Below are positions 49,159 through 59,695 of a DNA stretch of 64,000 nt, piece after piece; position 1 is the first letter of the stretch; each line of letters begins with the position of its first letter. The translations under genes were made by a program, and so were the position numbers. Below the pieces are notes generated by a model that saw only the letters and a list, made by a program, of their open reading frames with translations, was not told the DNA's origin and made no database searches. The DNA comes from Kiritimatiellia bacterium (GTDB lineage: Bacteria > Verrucomicrobiota > Kiritimatiellia > JAAZAB01): positions 129,093 through 193,092 of the forward strand of contig JAXGPF010000013.1 in assembly GCA_040767085.1 (NCBI GenBank), given 5' to 3'.

Positions 49159-50469
49159 ATGCAACCGTTAAAAGTTGGTTTCGGACGGCAAGATGTAACC
49201 CCGCAACTGGGCGTGCGCTTGGGCGGGTACGGGGTCAAGGAGCGGCCGGCGGAAGAGATTTTGGACCGGTTGCATGCCACCGCGGTAGTTTTTGAGCAGG
49301 ACGGGCTGCAGGCGGCGTTGATCAACCTGGACTGGATTTGCGTCGAGGAAAACGTGGTGGCGGATATCCGCCGGGAAGTCCAGCGGCGCACCGGCATTCC
49401 GGAGCAGCATATCACTGTGGCGGCCACTCACAGCCATTCCGTGCCGAACACCCTGAATTTCTGGGGCTGGGGCGAGGCGGAACAGGCTTATATTGATGCG
49501 GTGTTGCCCGCCATCGTGGAGTCGGTGGCGCTGGCCCATGCGGCTTTACAGCCGGCGCAGGTGGGGTTTGCCGCGACGGAGTGCCTGGCCGGAGTAAACC
49601 GCCGCGGGACCCTGGAGGATGGCCGGGTTAACTTTACGGGCGATCCGCGCGGATTTTTCGATCCGACGCTGACGGTGGCGCATTTCAAGGATCCTGCGGG
49701 CAAAGATATCGGCATCCTGGCGCATTACGGCGCGCATGGCACGGCCATGGGGTGCAACCGGATGGTATCGCGGGATTGGTGCGGCGTGATGAAGGACCGG
49801 ATTGAATCACAGTTTGACGTGCCGGCGGCGTTTTTCAACGGCGCCATCGGCGATGTCGGCCCGCGCACCAACCGCCGGGTTGGCAACCGCCTGTCGGCCG
49901 GGCAGGGCGACGGCGTGCATGCCGTGCGCGAGGTCGGGTACCGCGCCGCCACCGATGCCATCCGGGCCTTGCTTTCCATCCGGGAATGGCGGAGTGACCT
50001 GCGGCTGCGGGTGCTGGTCGAGGAAATATTTTTGCCTTATGCTCCCCTCAAACCATTGGCGGACGCCCAGCGCGACCTGGAGCAATGGGCGCCGCAAAAG
50101 GACAAGTGGGGCTCCCCGATGTGCGAATACCGCTACAACCAGGCGGTGATTGAAGCGCATGGCCGGTCCCCGCTGCCAGGCCGGAAGTTCAGCCAGACCA
50201 TCACCGCCATCGGACCGCTGGCCGTTGTGCCGATGCCGGGCGAGATGTTTTCCGGCATCAGCCTGCGCATCCGCGACGGCAGTCCGTTCCAGTACACGTT
50301 GTGCTGCAGCGTTACTAACGGATCACTGGCTTACCTGCCAGCGCGCGAAGCGCGCCATCGCGGCGGCTACGAAACCTGGGTCGGACGGGCCTGCGGCGCT
50401 TACCTGCTGGCGGACAATATTGACGATGCGCTGGTGGCGGAAAACCTGAAACTGCTGCGTAAAATTTAA
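49159..50469 (+). CDS. Neutral/alkaline ceramidase-like metalloamidase
   Basis: VTP..G..LGGY, ATHSHS, VNRR, GAHGT, SRDW, GAIGDVGP, PGE, YLP, GGYE; GGAGA RBS. Confidence 0.8.
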   Translation: MQPLKVGFGRQDVTPQLGVRLGGYGVKERPAEEILDRLHATAVVFEQDGLQAALINLDWICVEENVVADIRREVQRRTGIPEQHITVAATHSHSVPNTLNFWGWGEAEQAYIDAVLPAIVESVALAHAALQPAQVGFAATECLAGVNRRGTLEDGRVNFTGDPRGFFDPTLTVAHFKDPAGKDIGILAHYGAHGTAMGCNRMVSRDWCGVMKDRIESQFDVPAAFFNGAIGDVGPRTNRRVGNRLSAGQGDGVHAVREVGYRAATDAIRALLSIREWRSDLRLRVLVEEIFLPYAPLKPLADAQRDLEQWAPQKDKWGSPMCEYRYNQAVIEAHGRSPLPGRKFSQTITAIGPLAVVPMPGEMFSGISLRIRDGSPFQYTLCCSVTNGSLAYLPAREARHRGGYETWVGRACGAYLLADNIDDALVAENLKLLRKI

Positions 50470-50489
50470 AGCGGCATGGCGCATCGCTT

Positions 50490-50645
50490 CCCGGCTTTGC
50501 CCCCTCTGCCCCTTTCCTGATTCACCACGAAGGACACGAAGAGCACGAAGGGAAGGAATTATCCACAAAAGAACACAAGGAACGCGAAAGAACCAGATTC
50601 TGCCCCTCTGTGCCTTTGCTCCTTTGCCCCTCTGATCCTCTGCTA
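50490..50645. repeat. Composite periodic intergenic repeat (CACGAAG with 9-nt period; TGCCCCTY with 8-nt period)
   Basis: TTCACCACGAAGGACACGAAGAGCACGAAG and TGCCCCTCTGCCCCTT runs; related copies near 6215-6285, 57090-57140, 59805-59840 and 59968-59990. Confidence 0.7.
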
Positions 50646-50720
50646 AATTCCTTGCTTTTATTCAGCCAAATGATAATTTTAACAATTGCGTTTGGACATT
50701 AATCAAGGAGCCGGGATAGC

Positions 50721-51629
50721 ATGAAAATTTACATCATGACGGATTGCGAAGGCGTGGCGGGGGTGTTGAATTCCAAGGACTGGGGGCACGCGACCGGAAG
50801 GTATTACGATGTGGCCAAGGAATTGCTAACCCAGGAAGTCAATGCCGCCATCGTCGGATTCGCTGCCGCCGGCGCCAGTGAATTCCTGGTCTGCGACGGA
50901 CACGGCCCCGGGGCCATCAATCCCATGCTCCTGGATGAACGCGCGGAATTATTGCGCGGCCTGGTGAACGGCTATCCGTATGAGTTGGACAAGACTTTTG
51001 ACGCCATCGCCTGGGTAGGCCAGCATGCCATGTCGCGCACGCCGGAGGCGCACCTGGCGCATACCGGCTCCATGCGCAAATTCGAATATACCGTCAATGG
51101 CATCCCCGTTGGCGAATTTGGGCAGTTGGCCATGTGCGCCAGCGAACTGGGCGTGCGCTCGATCTTCGGCTCCGGCGACCGCGCCTTCTGCGCCGAAGCA
51201 CAGGCCCTGGTGCCGGGCATTGAAACGGTGGAAGTCAAGCGCGGCACCAAGTTGGGGCGCGGCGATGAATGCGACGCCGAACAATACGCCGCCCGCAATG
51301 TCGGCGCCATCCACCTGCATCCCGTGCGCGCGCGCGAAAAAATCCGTATCGGCGCGGAACGCGCCCTGCGCCGGTTCCAGCAGGAAAAATTCGGCATCAT
51401 TCCGTTGCAGGCGCCGTTCGAGATGATTAAAAGGTTCCGCGCTATGGGCGATGAACCGTCGGCGTTGATCAAAGGCAGGCATCCGGACAGCGTGATCGCC
51501 CTGTTCCAGAATGTTCCCGTGGATCTGCCCGCCGCCCCGCCGGCGCGCAAACGTCCGGCGCAGCGGGCCGCCGTGCGGCGCAAGCTTGCCGTGAACAAAG
51601 CCGGCAAACGCGCCAAATCCCGGAAATAA
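50721..51629 (+). CDS. M55-family D-aminopeptidase (DppA-like)
   Basis: MKIYIMTDCEGVAG, EVNAAI, DGHG, VGQHA, HLAHT, GD..FC.EA. Confidence 0.9.
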   Translation: MKIYIMTDCEGVAGVLNSKDWGHATGRYYDVAKELLTQEVNAAIVGFAAAGASEFLVCDGHGPGAINPMLLDERAELLRGLVNGYPYELDKTFDAIAWVGQHAMSRTPEAHLAHTGSMRKFEYTVNGIPVGEFGQLAMCASELGVRSIFGSGDRAFCAEAQALVPGIETVEVKRGTKLGRGDECDAEQYAARNVGAIHLHPVRAREKIRIGAERALRRFQQEKFGIIPLQAPFEMIKRFRAMGDEPSALIKGRHPDSVIALFQNVPVDLPAAPPARKRPAQRAAVRRKLAVNKAGKRAKSRK

Positions 51630-51638
51630 AATGGCCGT

Positions 51639-53681
51639 TCATGGCGCCGGGCGCTGCGGCATGTGAAAGATGCGGATGGCGTCAATCACCCACGGCTGAT
51701 TGCTGTGGGGGCGGCGGATTTCCAGGCGCAGACGGTCGGTCTGCGCCGGCGGCCATTGCAGTATCCGCGGTTCGATCCCGTAAACCGGGCGGCCGTTACG
51801 GAAGACGAATTTGCCCCATTCCGGCTCGGCATCCATTAACACGGTTTGCCATTGATTGCTTCGCCAGACGCTGACATCCAGGGTTGCCGGCGTACAATGG
51901 TTGTCGTTGGTTTGTATCAACTCGACGCGGTGGACGGGCAGCGTTTCCGGCCATTGCAGTTCCAGCCGCATCCCCGGCGCCTGCGGCGTCTGCGACGTCC
52001 AGCCTCCGGCCTGCTCCGCCCGCGCCAGGCGCGCCGCCTGCGCAGGATTATGGCTGGCGGTAATGGTCAATTCGCCGGCGGGCGCCGGGATGGACGGCGG
52101 GTCGCGCGGGAGTTCACGGAAATCGTAATAGATTTCAAAATCGCCGCATTGCGCACGCTCGCACCCGACATGCATCAGGCGCAGATGCCGCTCGAAAACC
52201 TCGGGCTTGAGGAACCGGATGCGGCTGGTCAGCGCGTAGGCCGCCCGCGGAGCGGCGTCCACGGTGGCCTTGTATGGTATGGGCCATTCCGGGAAACGCT
52301 CGTTGACCGGCTGGCTGCAGAGGATGGCTTCATCCGTTAAAAAGTTGATGCGGTAGGCGGCGCCGTAGGAAGCTACGCAGTGCTGGAAATTATGGCGGCG
52401 CAGGAAATCCAGCGCCGGCCGTAAATCCGGAAATCCGGCTTCTGCGGTAAAGTTTTCCGCGCGCCATGCGCTGGCCATCACGCCGGCTGACGCGATATTC
52501 AACAGCGCCAGCCCTGCCGTCAGCAGGCCGATGACCGGCCGGAGCCGGCGCGGTCCGGCGGCAAACCAGTGCTGGATAATAAACGGAAAACACCAGACCA
52601 GCGGCAGCAGGTAGCGGAAGCTGCCGGAATCAGCGCGCCGGCTGAAGGCGAAAAGAACCAGCGTCAGCAGCGTTATCCCATAAAACGGCGCGGCCGCTGC
52701 CTCCATGACGGGCGCGTCAGGCCGCCGGGCGCGCCGCCGGCGGATCGCTCCCGCCGTCAACACCGCCAAACCGCCCAGCACCAGCAGAATCCAGACCGCC
52801 AAAAAAATTGTTTCCAGAATGGGCCAGGGATGCAATTCCGCATTGTCGGGGAATGGGACCGGCGCAATGCCCATGGCCGCGGGCAGAGTGTAACGGATGG
52901 CCGGCGACCATACCCGGCGCAATGCCGTCAGGGCGTCCCAGCGGCCGAAGACTGCGCCGTGGTGTCCGGGGTGCAGCCAGAGCCCCAGCAGCCATGGCAG
53001 CAGGCCCGCCAGGACGCCGCCGGCGAAGAGCAGGATCGGCGCCAGCCTGGGTGCGGACGGGCCGGGGCCGGCGCCGCGCCGGGCGGAACAAGGCGCCGGC
53101 GGGCAGAGGCAGAAATACCCCGCCGTCAGCAGCGCCGGAAACATTAACGCGTGCGCGCTGAATCCGGCGCCGGCAATCAAGCCGGCGGCCGGCGCGCACC
53201 ACTTCCAATGCCCGGCATACAGCGCCGCCAGGATGCTGGCGCTGCCGCAAAAAAGGAGCGCGGGGTAGCCCGGCATGGCATACACGGCCTGGTGCAGGAG
53301 CAGGTAGGATGAGGGAAACAGCAGCAGGAGGGCGCCTGGCCAGCAGCCGGGGCCGGGATGCAAACGAAACAGGATGGCCAGCGAGCATCCCAATCCGGCC
53401 AAACCTAGCAGTAAAGCCGGCAGCCGCGCGCCGCGCGGGGTACGCGGCAGGCGGTTAACCAGCGGCGCTTGCAGGTAGGATTCGATGGGGAAGATGTAGG
53501 GCTGGCCCATGAAGAAAAGCTGCATATCGCCGGCGCGGATATGCTTGGCTTGCAGCACGGTCAGGCTTTCATCGGAGGATACCGGCAAATGCCGCGCGCC
53601 GGCGTCGAACCAAACCGCGCGCCAGGCCAGGCCGGCCAGGATCAGCGCGGCGCCAACACTGCCAAGGCCCCATTTGTGCAT
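51639..53681 (-). CDS. Multi-pass membrane protein, GT-C glycosyltransferase-like, with a C-terminal discoidin-like domain
   Basis: SSDE..LQAKHI..G...FFMGQPY early loop, many TM segments, RYLLP; C-terminal WTSQTPQAPGM.L.L, RLRLEI, W.I. Confidence 0.6.
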   Translation of the reverse strand: MHKWGLGSVGAALILAGLAWRAVWFDAGARHLPVSSDESLTVLQAKHIRAGDMQLFFMGQPYIFPIESYLQAPLVNRLPRTPRGARLPALLLGLAGLGCSLAILFRLHPGPGCWPGALLLLFPSSYLLLHQAVYAMPGYPALLFCGSASILAALYAGHWKWCAPAAGLIAGAGFSAHALMFPALLTAGYFCLCPPAPCSARRGAGPGPSAPRLAPILLFAGGVLAGLLPWLLGLWLHPGHHGAVFGRWDALTALRRVWSPAIRYTLPAAMGIAPVPFPDNAELHPWPILETIFLAVWILLVLGGLAVLTAGAIRRRRARRPDAPVMEAAAAPFYGITLLTLVLFAFSRRADSGSFRYLLPLVWCFPFIIQHWFAAGPRRLRPVIGLLTAGLALLNIASAGVMASAWRAENFTAEAGFPDLRPALDFLRRHNFQHCVASYGAAYRINFLTDEAILCSQPVNERFPEWPIPYKATVDAAPRAAYALTSRIRFLKPEVFERHLRLMHVGCERAQCGDFEIYYDFRELPRDPPSIPAPAGELTITASHNPAQAARLARAEQAGGWTSQTPQAPGMRLELQWPETLPVHRVELIQTNDNHCTPATLDVSVWRSNQWQTVLMDAEPEWGKFVFRNGRPVYGIEPRILQWPPAQTDRLRLEIRRPHSNQPWVIDAIRIFHMPQRPAP

Positions 53682-53735
53682 GGTCGTTTCCGTAATTTAC
53701 GCTTCCGGCCAGGCCGGGATGATCATGCCGGCAGA

Positions 53736-54413
53736 TTATACCGGTTTATCATGCATCATGTCTAACAAGTCGCGCGCGGCGCGTTCCGGGTCGGGCGCGG
53801 CGGTGATGGCGGTGACGACGGCGATGATCTGCGCGCCGGCGCGCCGCAGCTCCGGAATATGGGCCGGCTTGATGCCGCCCATGACGGTGAAGGGCAGTGA
53901 GACGGCGGCGGCAATGCGCCGCAAACCGTCCAACCCGAGAAACTCGCCGGTCCATTGCTTGGTCTGGGTGGGGAAGAGCGGGCCGATATTGATGTAGGAC
54001 GCGCCATCCTTTTCCGCCTGCCGGGCTTCGGCGATGGAGTGGGTGGAGGCGCCGATGATCAGGCCGGGCGCCAGGCGCCGCGCGGCGGCGATCGGCAAGT
54101 CATCCTGTCCAAGGTGGACACCATCCGCGCCGACAGCCAGCGCCACATCCAGCCGGTCATTGATGATCAGCAGGGCGCCGGCCTCGGCGGTGATTTTACG
54201 CATTTGCTCCGCCAGGCGTAGGAAGGCGCTGGCGGGAAGTTCCTTTTCCCGGAGTTGGATCAGGCGGATGCCGCCGGCCAGCGCGGTCCGGGCGATTTCC
54301 AGGGTGGTGCGTCCGGCGGAAAGCGTTTGAGAGGTCACCAGGTAAATGCCGGCCTGGCGCAGCCGGCGCAGCCTTTGGGCATGGATACCGCCGGACAAGG
54401 GTGTGGTCTGCAT
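53736..54413 (-). CDS. thiE: Thiamine-phosphate synthase
   Basis: IQLREK, IINDRLDVALAVGADGVHLGQDD, GASTH, GPLFPTQTK, GGI. Confidence 0.95.
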   Translation of the reverse strand: MQTTPLSGGIHAQRLRRLRQAGIYLVTSQTLSAGRTTLEIARTALAGGIRLIQLREKELPASAFLRLAEQMRKITAEAGALLIINDRLDVALAVGADGVHLGQDDLPIAAARRLAPGLIIGASTHSIAEARQAEKDGASYINIGPLFPTQTKQWTGEFLGLDGLRRIAAAVSLPFTVMGGIKPAHIPELRRAGAQIIAVVTAITAAPDPERAARDLLDMMHDKPV

Positions 54414-54437
54414 CAGCGCCTCCCGGAATAATTAAAA

Positions 54438-55625
54438 TCATGGGCCATCAACGCGCAGCTCTCCGCCGTCTGTCGCCGGCTGGGGCATGCAATAAGTGCG
54501 GTCCCAGTTTTTAAACACCGGTTCCAGTCCCTTGCCCTGCAGCATGCGGGTGAACTCGTCAATTTCGCGGTGATCGCTGATCTGGAATTGCGCGCCGTTG
54601 TCCTCATGCGTTTCGCTGGTATTGTAGCCGCCGACGGTGGTGCGGCTGGCGATGCTCATTTTGTTGATGCCGACCCCGGCCATGCCGTCGCGGAATGCCG
54701 GCGCCTCCCGCGTGGAAAGCGTCAAAGACACGTCCGGCAGGCAGATGCGGAAAGCGTAAATCAATTGCGCCAGGAAGCGGTCATGGACGGGGTGGGGAGG
54801 CGTGTAACCGCCCGCTTCCGGCCGCAGCCGTGGGAAGGAGACGGAAAACCCGGCCCGCCAGAACCGGCGCTGCAATTCGCGGATATGCAGGAAGAGGCTG
54901 ATGGCGTCGCGGCGCGGGTCCACCAGCCCCAGCAACGCGCCCAGTCCAACGGTCCGCATGCCCGCGGCCAACGCGGCTTCGGGGGTATTCAAGCGCCGCT
55001 GGTAATCACGTTTCGGCCCCCAGCGGTGAACCTGGAGATAAGTTTCCCGCTCATAGGTTTCCTGGTAAACGGTGATGCCCTGGCAGCCGGCCAGGGCCAA
55101 GGCGCGGTACTCCGCGCGTTCCATCGGGAAGGCTTCCACCGTAACCATGTGAAAATCCGCGGCGGCCATTTCGACCGCGGCGCGCAGGTACTCGAAATCC
55201 GCCCGCGGATCGCGTTCGCCGGTCAGCAGCAGGATTTCATCGAAACCCATCCGACGGATGGCCGTCAATTCCCGGCGGATTTCTTCCGGCGCCATGTGCC
55301 GGCGAGGGTAGCGGCGGTCGGCCGCAAACCCGCAGTAAGCACAGCCGTTGGAGCAATGGTTGGAAATGTAAAGCGGCACATACAGGGAAATGTTTCTGCC
55401 GAAATGCCGCATGGTCAGGCCGCGGGCCCGCTGCGCCAGGGTTTCCAGCCCGGCGCCGGCGGCGGGGGAGATCAGCGCCGCGAATTCGGCCGGGCCGGGC
55501 TGCGCCGCGCACAGGGCGCGCCGGACGGCTGCCGCGTCCGCTTCGGCGGCGATGGGCATGAATTCCGCTGGATTAAGGTCGTCCGCCGTAATCATTGCGG
55601 TGGACGCCGCCGGACAACCTTGCAT
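54438..55625 (-). CDS. thiH: 2-iminoacetate synthase
   Basis: LYVPLYISNHCSNGCAYCGF, LLLTGE, YQETY, GALLGL, SFPRLRP, LSTRE, GGY, QFQISDHR, FKNWD. Confidence 0.92.
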   Translation of the reverse strand: MQGCPAASTAMITADDLNPAEFMPIAAEADAAAVRRALCAAQPGPAEFAALISPAAGAGLETLAQRARGLTMRHFGRNISLYVPLYISNHCSNGCAYCGFAADRRYPRRHMAPEEIRRELTAIRRMGFDEILLLTGERDPRADFEYLRAAVEMAAADFHMVTVEAFPMERAEYRALALAGCQGITVYQETYERETYLQVHRWGPKRDYQRRLNTPEAALAAGMRTVGLGALLGLVDPRRDAISLFLHIRELQRRFWRAGFSVSFPRLRPEAGGYTPPHPVHDRFLAQLIYAFRICLPDVSLTLSTREAPAFRDGMAGVGINKMSIASRTTVGGYNTSETHEDNGAQFQISDHREIDEFTRMLQGKGLEPVFKNWDRTYCMPQPATDGGELRVDGP

Positions 55626-55628
55626 AGC

Positions 55629-56963
55629 TTACCATTCCTTCATCTTCGTGCCCTGCGGGCACGGGAGTCCCCGGACCAGCCGGCTGATCTGCACCGGCTT
55701 GCCGGTCCGTATGCTCTCGTTGGCGCCGATGCCCGTCAGGATGCTCATGGCGCCATCCGCCACACCGGCGGCGCGCAGGTATTTGTCCTTGGGCGGGCGC
55801 GGCGAAAAGACATCCGTCATCAATGGCGAGTCGCCGCCGCCATGGCCGCCCTTGGCGACTTTCACGGGGATATCGCGCGCCGGCTTGAAGTGGGGATACA
55901 GGCGGATTTTGGTGCCGCGCGGGATGGTGGCGCCCTGGACATTGCCGTCGCCGCTGACATAAACGCTTTCGACGCAGTCATGTTCCAGGCGGCCCTTGGT
56001 GCCGTTAAAGGCGATCCGGTAGCCTTCCCATGGCAGGAAGGCATTCAGCGAGTATGACATGAAAGCGCCGGTGTTGTAGCGTACGACGACATTCATCGAG
56101 TCCTCGATGTCAATGCCCTTGCCGAAGACGCATTGGTCGCGGTGGTACCCGTCGTATTTTTCGCAGTCGAGATACAAGTCGCGCATGTTGGGCGAAGCGC
56201 GCATGTCCAGGGCAAACGGGCAGCGCTTGATGTAACGGCATTCCAGGCAGCGTTCCGCGTGTCCCTTGAATCCGTAGCGCTCCGCCATGCCGTTTGCATG
56301 GCCGTAAAAGTTGCGCCCGCCCATGGCGAACACCTCTTCCGGATGCGCGGAGAGCCACCAGTTCACCAGGTCGAAATGGTGGGTGGCCTTGTGCACCAGC
56401 AGCCCGCCGGAATTTTGCTTCTGACGGTGCCAGCGCCGGAAATAGTCCGCGCCATGCCGGGTGTTGAGCATCCACTGGAATTCCACCGACAGCACCCGGC
56501 CGATAACGCCGCGCATCAGCAGGTCCTTGACCTGGGTGCGCGGGGGCGAGTAACGGTAATTGAACGTAACCCGCACATGGCGGCCGGTGCGCTTGGCGGT
56601 GTCGAGGATGCCCTGGCATTTCCGGGCTGTCATGGTCATTGGCTTTTCCGTGATGACGTCGCAGCCCAGTTCCATGGCGCGGACGATATACTTGTCGTGA
56701 AAACAATCGCGGGTGGTGACGATGACCACGTCCGGGCGGTGCGTCCGGACCATTTTGTCGAATTCGCGGTCGGAATAGGTCGGGAGCGCCTGGCCGCCCA
56801 GTTGTCCGGTGATTTCGCGGTTATACAGCGCCATGCGGCCGGGATTGTTATCGCACAAAGCCACCAGTTCGCAATGCTTGCTCCAGTCCTTGTAAATGGC
56901 GTCGCGGAAACAACGGCCCCGCCCGCCCGTGCCCACTTGCGCGTAACGTTTACGGCATTTCAT
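55629..56963 (-). CDS. Gfo/Idh/MocA-family oxidoreductase
   Basis: VGTGGRG, TEKPM, FNYRY, HGADYFRRWHR, HKATHHFD, HGGGD. Confidence 0.9.
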   Translation of the reverse strand: MKCRKRYAQVGTGGRGRCFRDAIYKDWSKHCELVALCDNNPGRMALYNREITGQLGGQALPTYSDREFDKMVRTHRPDVVIVTTRDCFHDKYIVRAMELGCDVITEKPMTMTARKCQGILDTAKRTGRHVRVTFNYRYSPPRTQVKDLLMRGVIGRVLSVEFQWMLNTRHGADYFRRWHRQKQNSGGLLVHKATHHFDLVNWWLSAHPEEVFAMGGRNFYGHANGMAERYGFKGHAERCLECRYIKRCPFALDMRASPNMRDLYLDCEKYDGYHRDQCVFGKGIDIEDSMNVVVRYNTGAFMSYSLNAFLPWEGYRIAFNGTKGRLEHDCVESVYVSGDGNVQGATIPRGTKIRLYPHFKPARDIPVKVAKGGHGGGDSPLMTDVFSPRPPKDKYLRAAGVADGAMSILTGIGANESIRTGKPVQISRLVRGLPCPQGTKMKEW

Positions 56964-57176
56964 AAGCTAAACACTCCCATCCCGCCCGCTTGATTGATAA
57001 ACCAGCCACAAGTATGCCATAGTGATACACCCTCCCGGCCAAGTCAATGCAAAATTGATCCAACACGGGCGGGCGGCGCCGAGTCTGGCTTTGATCCTCT
57101 GCCCCTTTGCCCCTCTGCTGATTCACCAGGAAGGACACTGGCATCCCACAGATAAAATTATCCCGGTTCCGTGGGG

Positions 57177-58691
57177 CTAGCGGTGCAGAAACACTGAAAT
57201 TAATGTGCCGTGACAACAATGTTCATAACATCCCATATCCACTGCCCGGGAACATTTGTCAATCCGCGCAAGTCCGTCTAAATCGCAGGACTCGATCATC
57301 CAGCTGTCATTCACTCCCCGATTGACGCAGGGAGAGCAAGATGCTAAACGATAATTATTATTAGAGAAGTTGACGAAGTTCGGCCAATTGGTGATATTCC
57401 CAGCGCCTGGCAGATCATTCGTCGGCATGCTGCAGGAACCATTCATGACAATTGTTGCCGATTTTTCCTTATACCAATTGGCGGTGTTGTCCGACGGGCT
57501 GGATTGATTGGTAAAAATGATGCAATTGTTGATAATGATGGAAGATTTGCTGCAAGCGGCTACACCGCCGCCATATCCGCCGGATGTGTTGCGGATTATC
57601 GTGCAATTATCAAGCGTTGCCATGGTGCCCGCGGCGTAAAGACCAGCGCCGCTTCCGCCTGATGTGGCGCTGTTTGAAATTATCAAACAATTCCGCACAA
57701 GGTTGGACGGGCCGGTCAGGCCGATTCCACCGCCATATCTGTTACGATTGTCAGTAATAGTGCAGTTTCTGATAATGGCATTTCCTTGTCCGAGTATGCC
57801 CCCGCCATTATCCGCGCTATCGGTATTTATGTTGTAGATGATCGTGCAGCATGCAACCATTGCGTCAGCGCATAAAATGCCGCACCCTTGCCCGGAACCG
57901 CAGCGGTTTGAGCAAATACGGCTGTCAACCAGCATGCCGCCTCCCAGAACATAGATGCCGCCGCCGCCGGCTTTGGAATAATTATCAACCAGATGGCAGT
58001 TCGAGACCACACCGCCCTCGTTGTAAACCCCGCCGCCGGAGTAATTTTTGATGCTGGCATTTCCGATAATATACGAATTGAGCAAGCACGCGCCGGGACT
58101 GAGATATACGCCGCCGCCGCTGCAATTGCATGCATTGCTGATAATGCTGCATTCCGTCACAGTGCCGGCCGCGGACAAATACACGCCGCCGCCGGCGGAT
58201 GATGAGGGCTTGGTTTTACGGTTGTTTACCACGAGACAGTTTGTCAGCATCCCGGAGACCGATCCGATGGCAATCCCGCCGCCGTCACGGATGGTCAGGG
58301 AGTCAATTACGCCTCTTCCGCCGGTAATATCGAAAACCCGCGCTTGGCTCTCGCCGATGATGACGGTGGAAACGCGACCATTCGTTCCGCAGACCGTAAT
58401 GTCATCGGTCAGGATAATCGTATCGGGCTCATGGTATTCACCCGGGGATATTAAAACTACCCTGGGCGGGGGGGCTGCCAGGGCGGCTTCCACTACCTTC
58501 AATATACTGGTGCCGGCCGTGGCTTTGTTGGTGTAGGGATCAGCCGCATAGGGATTATCAGGTGTTACGTAGTGCGTGGCGCCGGACAACATATGAACAA
58601 AAACCGTCAAGCTTATGGCACAGCAGGTAATAATGATTCTTACCCCATCTCGCTTCCTCCTTCCGATCAATGGCAGATGTTTATACTTCAA
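57177..58691 (-). CDS. Exported right-handed beta-helix repeat protein (choice-of-anchor Q-like end)
   Basis: Hydrophobic leader then THYV; repeated GGGVY/NC.I..N units; P.F....NYRL...SPCVNRG...DLDG..RI....VDMGCYE; lower GC than its neighbours. Confidence 0.8.
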   Translation of the reverse strand: MKYKHLPLIGRRKRDGVRIIITCCAISLTVFVHMLSGATHYVTPDNPYAADPYTNKATAGTSILKVVEAALAAPPPRVVLISPGEYHEPDTIILTDDITVCGTNGRVSTVIIGESQARVFDITGGRGVIDSLTIRDGGGIAIGSVSGMLTNCLVVNNRKTKPSSSAGGGVYLSAAGTVTECSIISNACNCSGGGVYLSPGACLLNSYIIGNASIKNYSGGGVYNEGGVVSNCHLVDNYSKAGGGGIYVLGGGMLVDSRICSNRCGSGQGCGILCADAMVACCTIIYNINTDSADNGGGILGQGNAIIRNCTITDNRNRYGGGIGLTGPSNLVRNCLIISNSATSGGSGAGLYAAGTMATLDNCTIIRNTSGGYGGGVAACSKSSIIINNCIIFTNQSSPSDNTANWYKEKSATIVMNGSCSMPTNDLPGAGNITNWPNFVNFSNNNYRLASCSPCVNRGVNDSWMIESCDLDGLARIDKCSRAVDMGCYEHCCHGTLISVFLHR

Positions 58692-59695
58692 TCAAGGATG
58701 TGTCCGCATCCTCTACCTTTGCTGCCCCGTCCGGTTAATCTGCGATTATCATGGTGAATTTCCCGAAGACGTCCATCCCTCAATCGGCTTCAACCGCCGC
58801 TCGCATCGGCTGCGCCCTTGAGCGGCGCGCCTGTCTGGGGCGAATAATTGCCGCGAAATGGCCATATATTGGTATTCATAAGGGTGCGAGGCAGGATGAA
58901 TGAGCCCCGGCCAAGCTTCCAAAGCGTATTCGGATTGATGTTGGAAAACCGCTGTTCAGTCGGAATTGTTATTGTGCGGGATGACGGTTCAGGAAGTAAA
59001 CACGTGTATCGATCAGCAGGGCAATCATCGGATATTGCATGTGCCCGATGATTGTGGTGGCGGGGAATGTCCGTTCAAAGTATGACGGGCAGGCGCAGGA
59101 TATGCTTTGCGTATGCGTGTGCTTTAGATATGTCGTTTGTTGCATCATTGATGACAACCCAACAATTAACCGGGGAAAATTTCATATTAAAAAGAAAATG
59201 TCAATAAAATAATAAAAATATTTTGGAAAATATTTGGAGCCATACCATGCGACTTGCGCAAACGGGTAGTTATCTATAAAAAATGATGCGAAATATCCTG
59301 AAGAAAACCTATCCTATGCGCCAGCGAGAATACGCATGCGATCTTGGCATCGAATCGAAAAAGCCCGTTGTTACGAGGGCAAGCGCCATGGGTAGGAATC
59401 AATGATACGCCCGCTGTCAGAGGCAAACATTTTGTGCGTGCCGCGTTGAAGCCCGGTATTAATTCTATGCGCCTTTGCAAAAGAATAAGCGATATTATTT
59501 AGTAATAATTAATAAGGTGAATTATTAGCCTGACGGGTAGGGGGGGCGAGACATGCACGGGAACGTTTACGATAACGGGAAAAGAAAGGAAACATTCAGT
59601 AAACGGATGGGCGGGATTTATGCGAAGGGGCACAGGAACATTTTAGGGAACGGAAGGGAGCGAAGATGTTAAAGTGTGGGTATGTGATATCCCTG

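Noticed and set aside
58700-59600. Short ORFs or an ncRNA in the AT-rich spacer
   Set aside because: No RBS-supported ORF with recognisable motifs and no recognisable RNA family.
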